Assembly (NCBI GenBank): GCA_965112155.1
Contig: OZ218103.1
Reading direction: 5' to 3' (one strand)
DNA length: 64,000 bases
DNA from: Podarcis liolepis
Lineage: Eukaryota
Shown here piece after piece: positions 63,932 through 64,000 of this stretch. Numbering within the stretch: position 1 is the stretch's first letter; every line of letters begins with the position of its first letter. The notes under the pieces are model-generated. The model saw only the letters and a list, made by a program, of their open reading frames with translations. It was not told the origin of the DNA and made no database searches. The translations under genes and the position numbers were made by a program.

Positions 63932-64000
63932 GTAAGTTGGCTTTTTGGATGTGCATTTCTGACACTTCTGATCGCCATTTTGCTTCTTTCAAGTATAAAC

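Overview
Vertebrate nuclear DNA, most likely from a lacertid lizard. This is inferred from the repeat set: Sauria SINEs, BovB, CR1, L2, Penelope-like elements and hAT/Tigger MITEs. The window holds two protein-coding genes arranged head-to-head, as in other amniotes. The first is a complete 5-exon syndecan-4 gene (SDC4, minus strand, CDS exons from 33907 down to 11837, 609 nt = 202 aa, first intron about 18 kb). The second is the 5' part of SYS1 (plus strand, non-coding exon 1 ending at 58477, coding exons 59703-59864 and 63864-63931, continuing beyond the window). Each gene has a CpG-island promoter. The rest is intronic or intergenic DNA rich in transposon fragments, and almost all ORFs in the supplied track are spurious. 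The most notable observations are: (1) a perfect 308-bp inverted repeat with a 166-bp spacer, built from a decayed RTE LINE; (2) hammerhead-ribozyme cores in two different Penelope-like families; (3) a proline plus one extra leucine in the normally invariant SDC4 transmembrane helix; (4) compact NF-kB/PU.1/RUNX and AP-1/STAT motif clusters around SDC4. I cannot support a wholly new gene system from the sequence alone.
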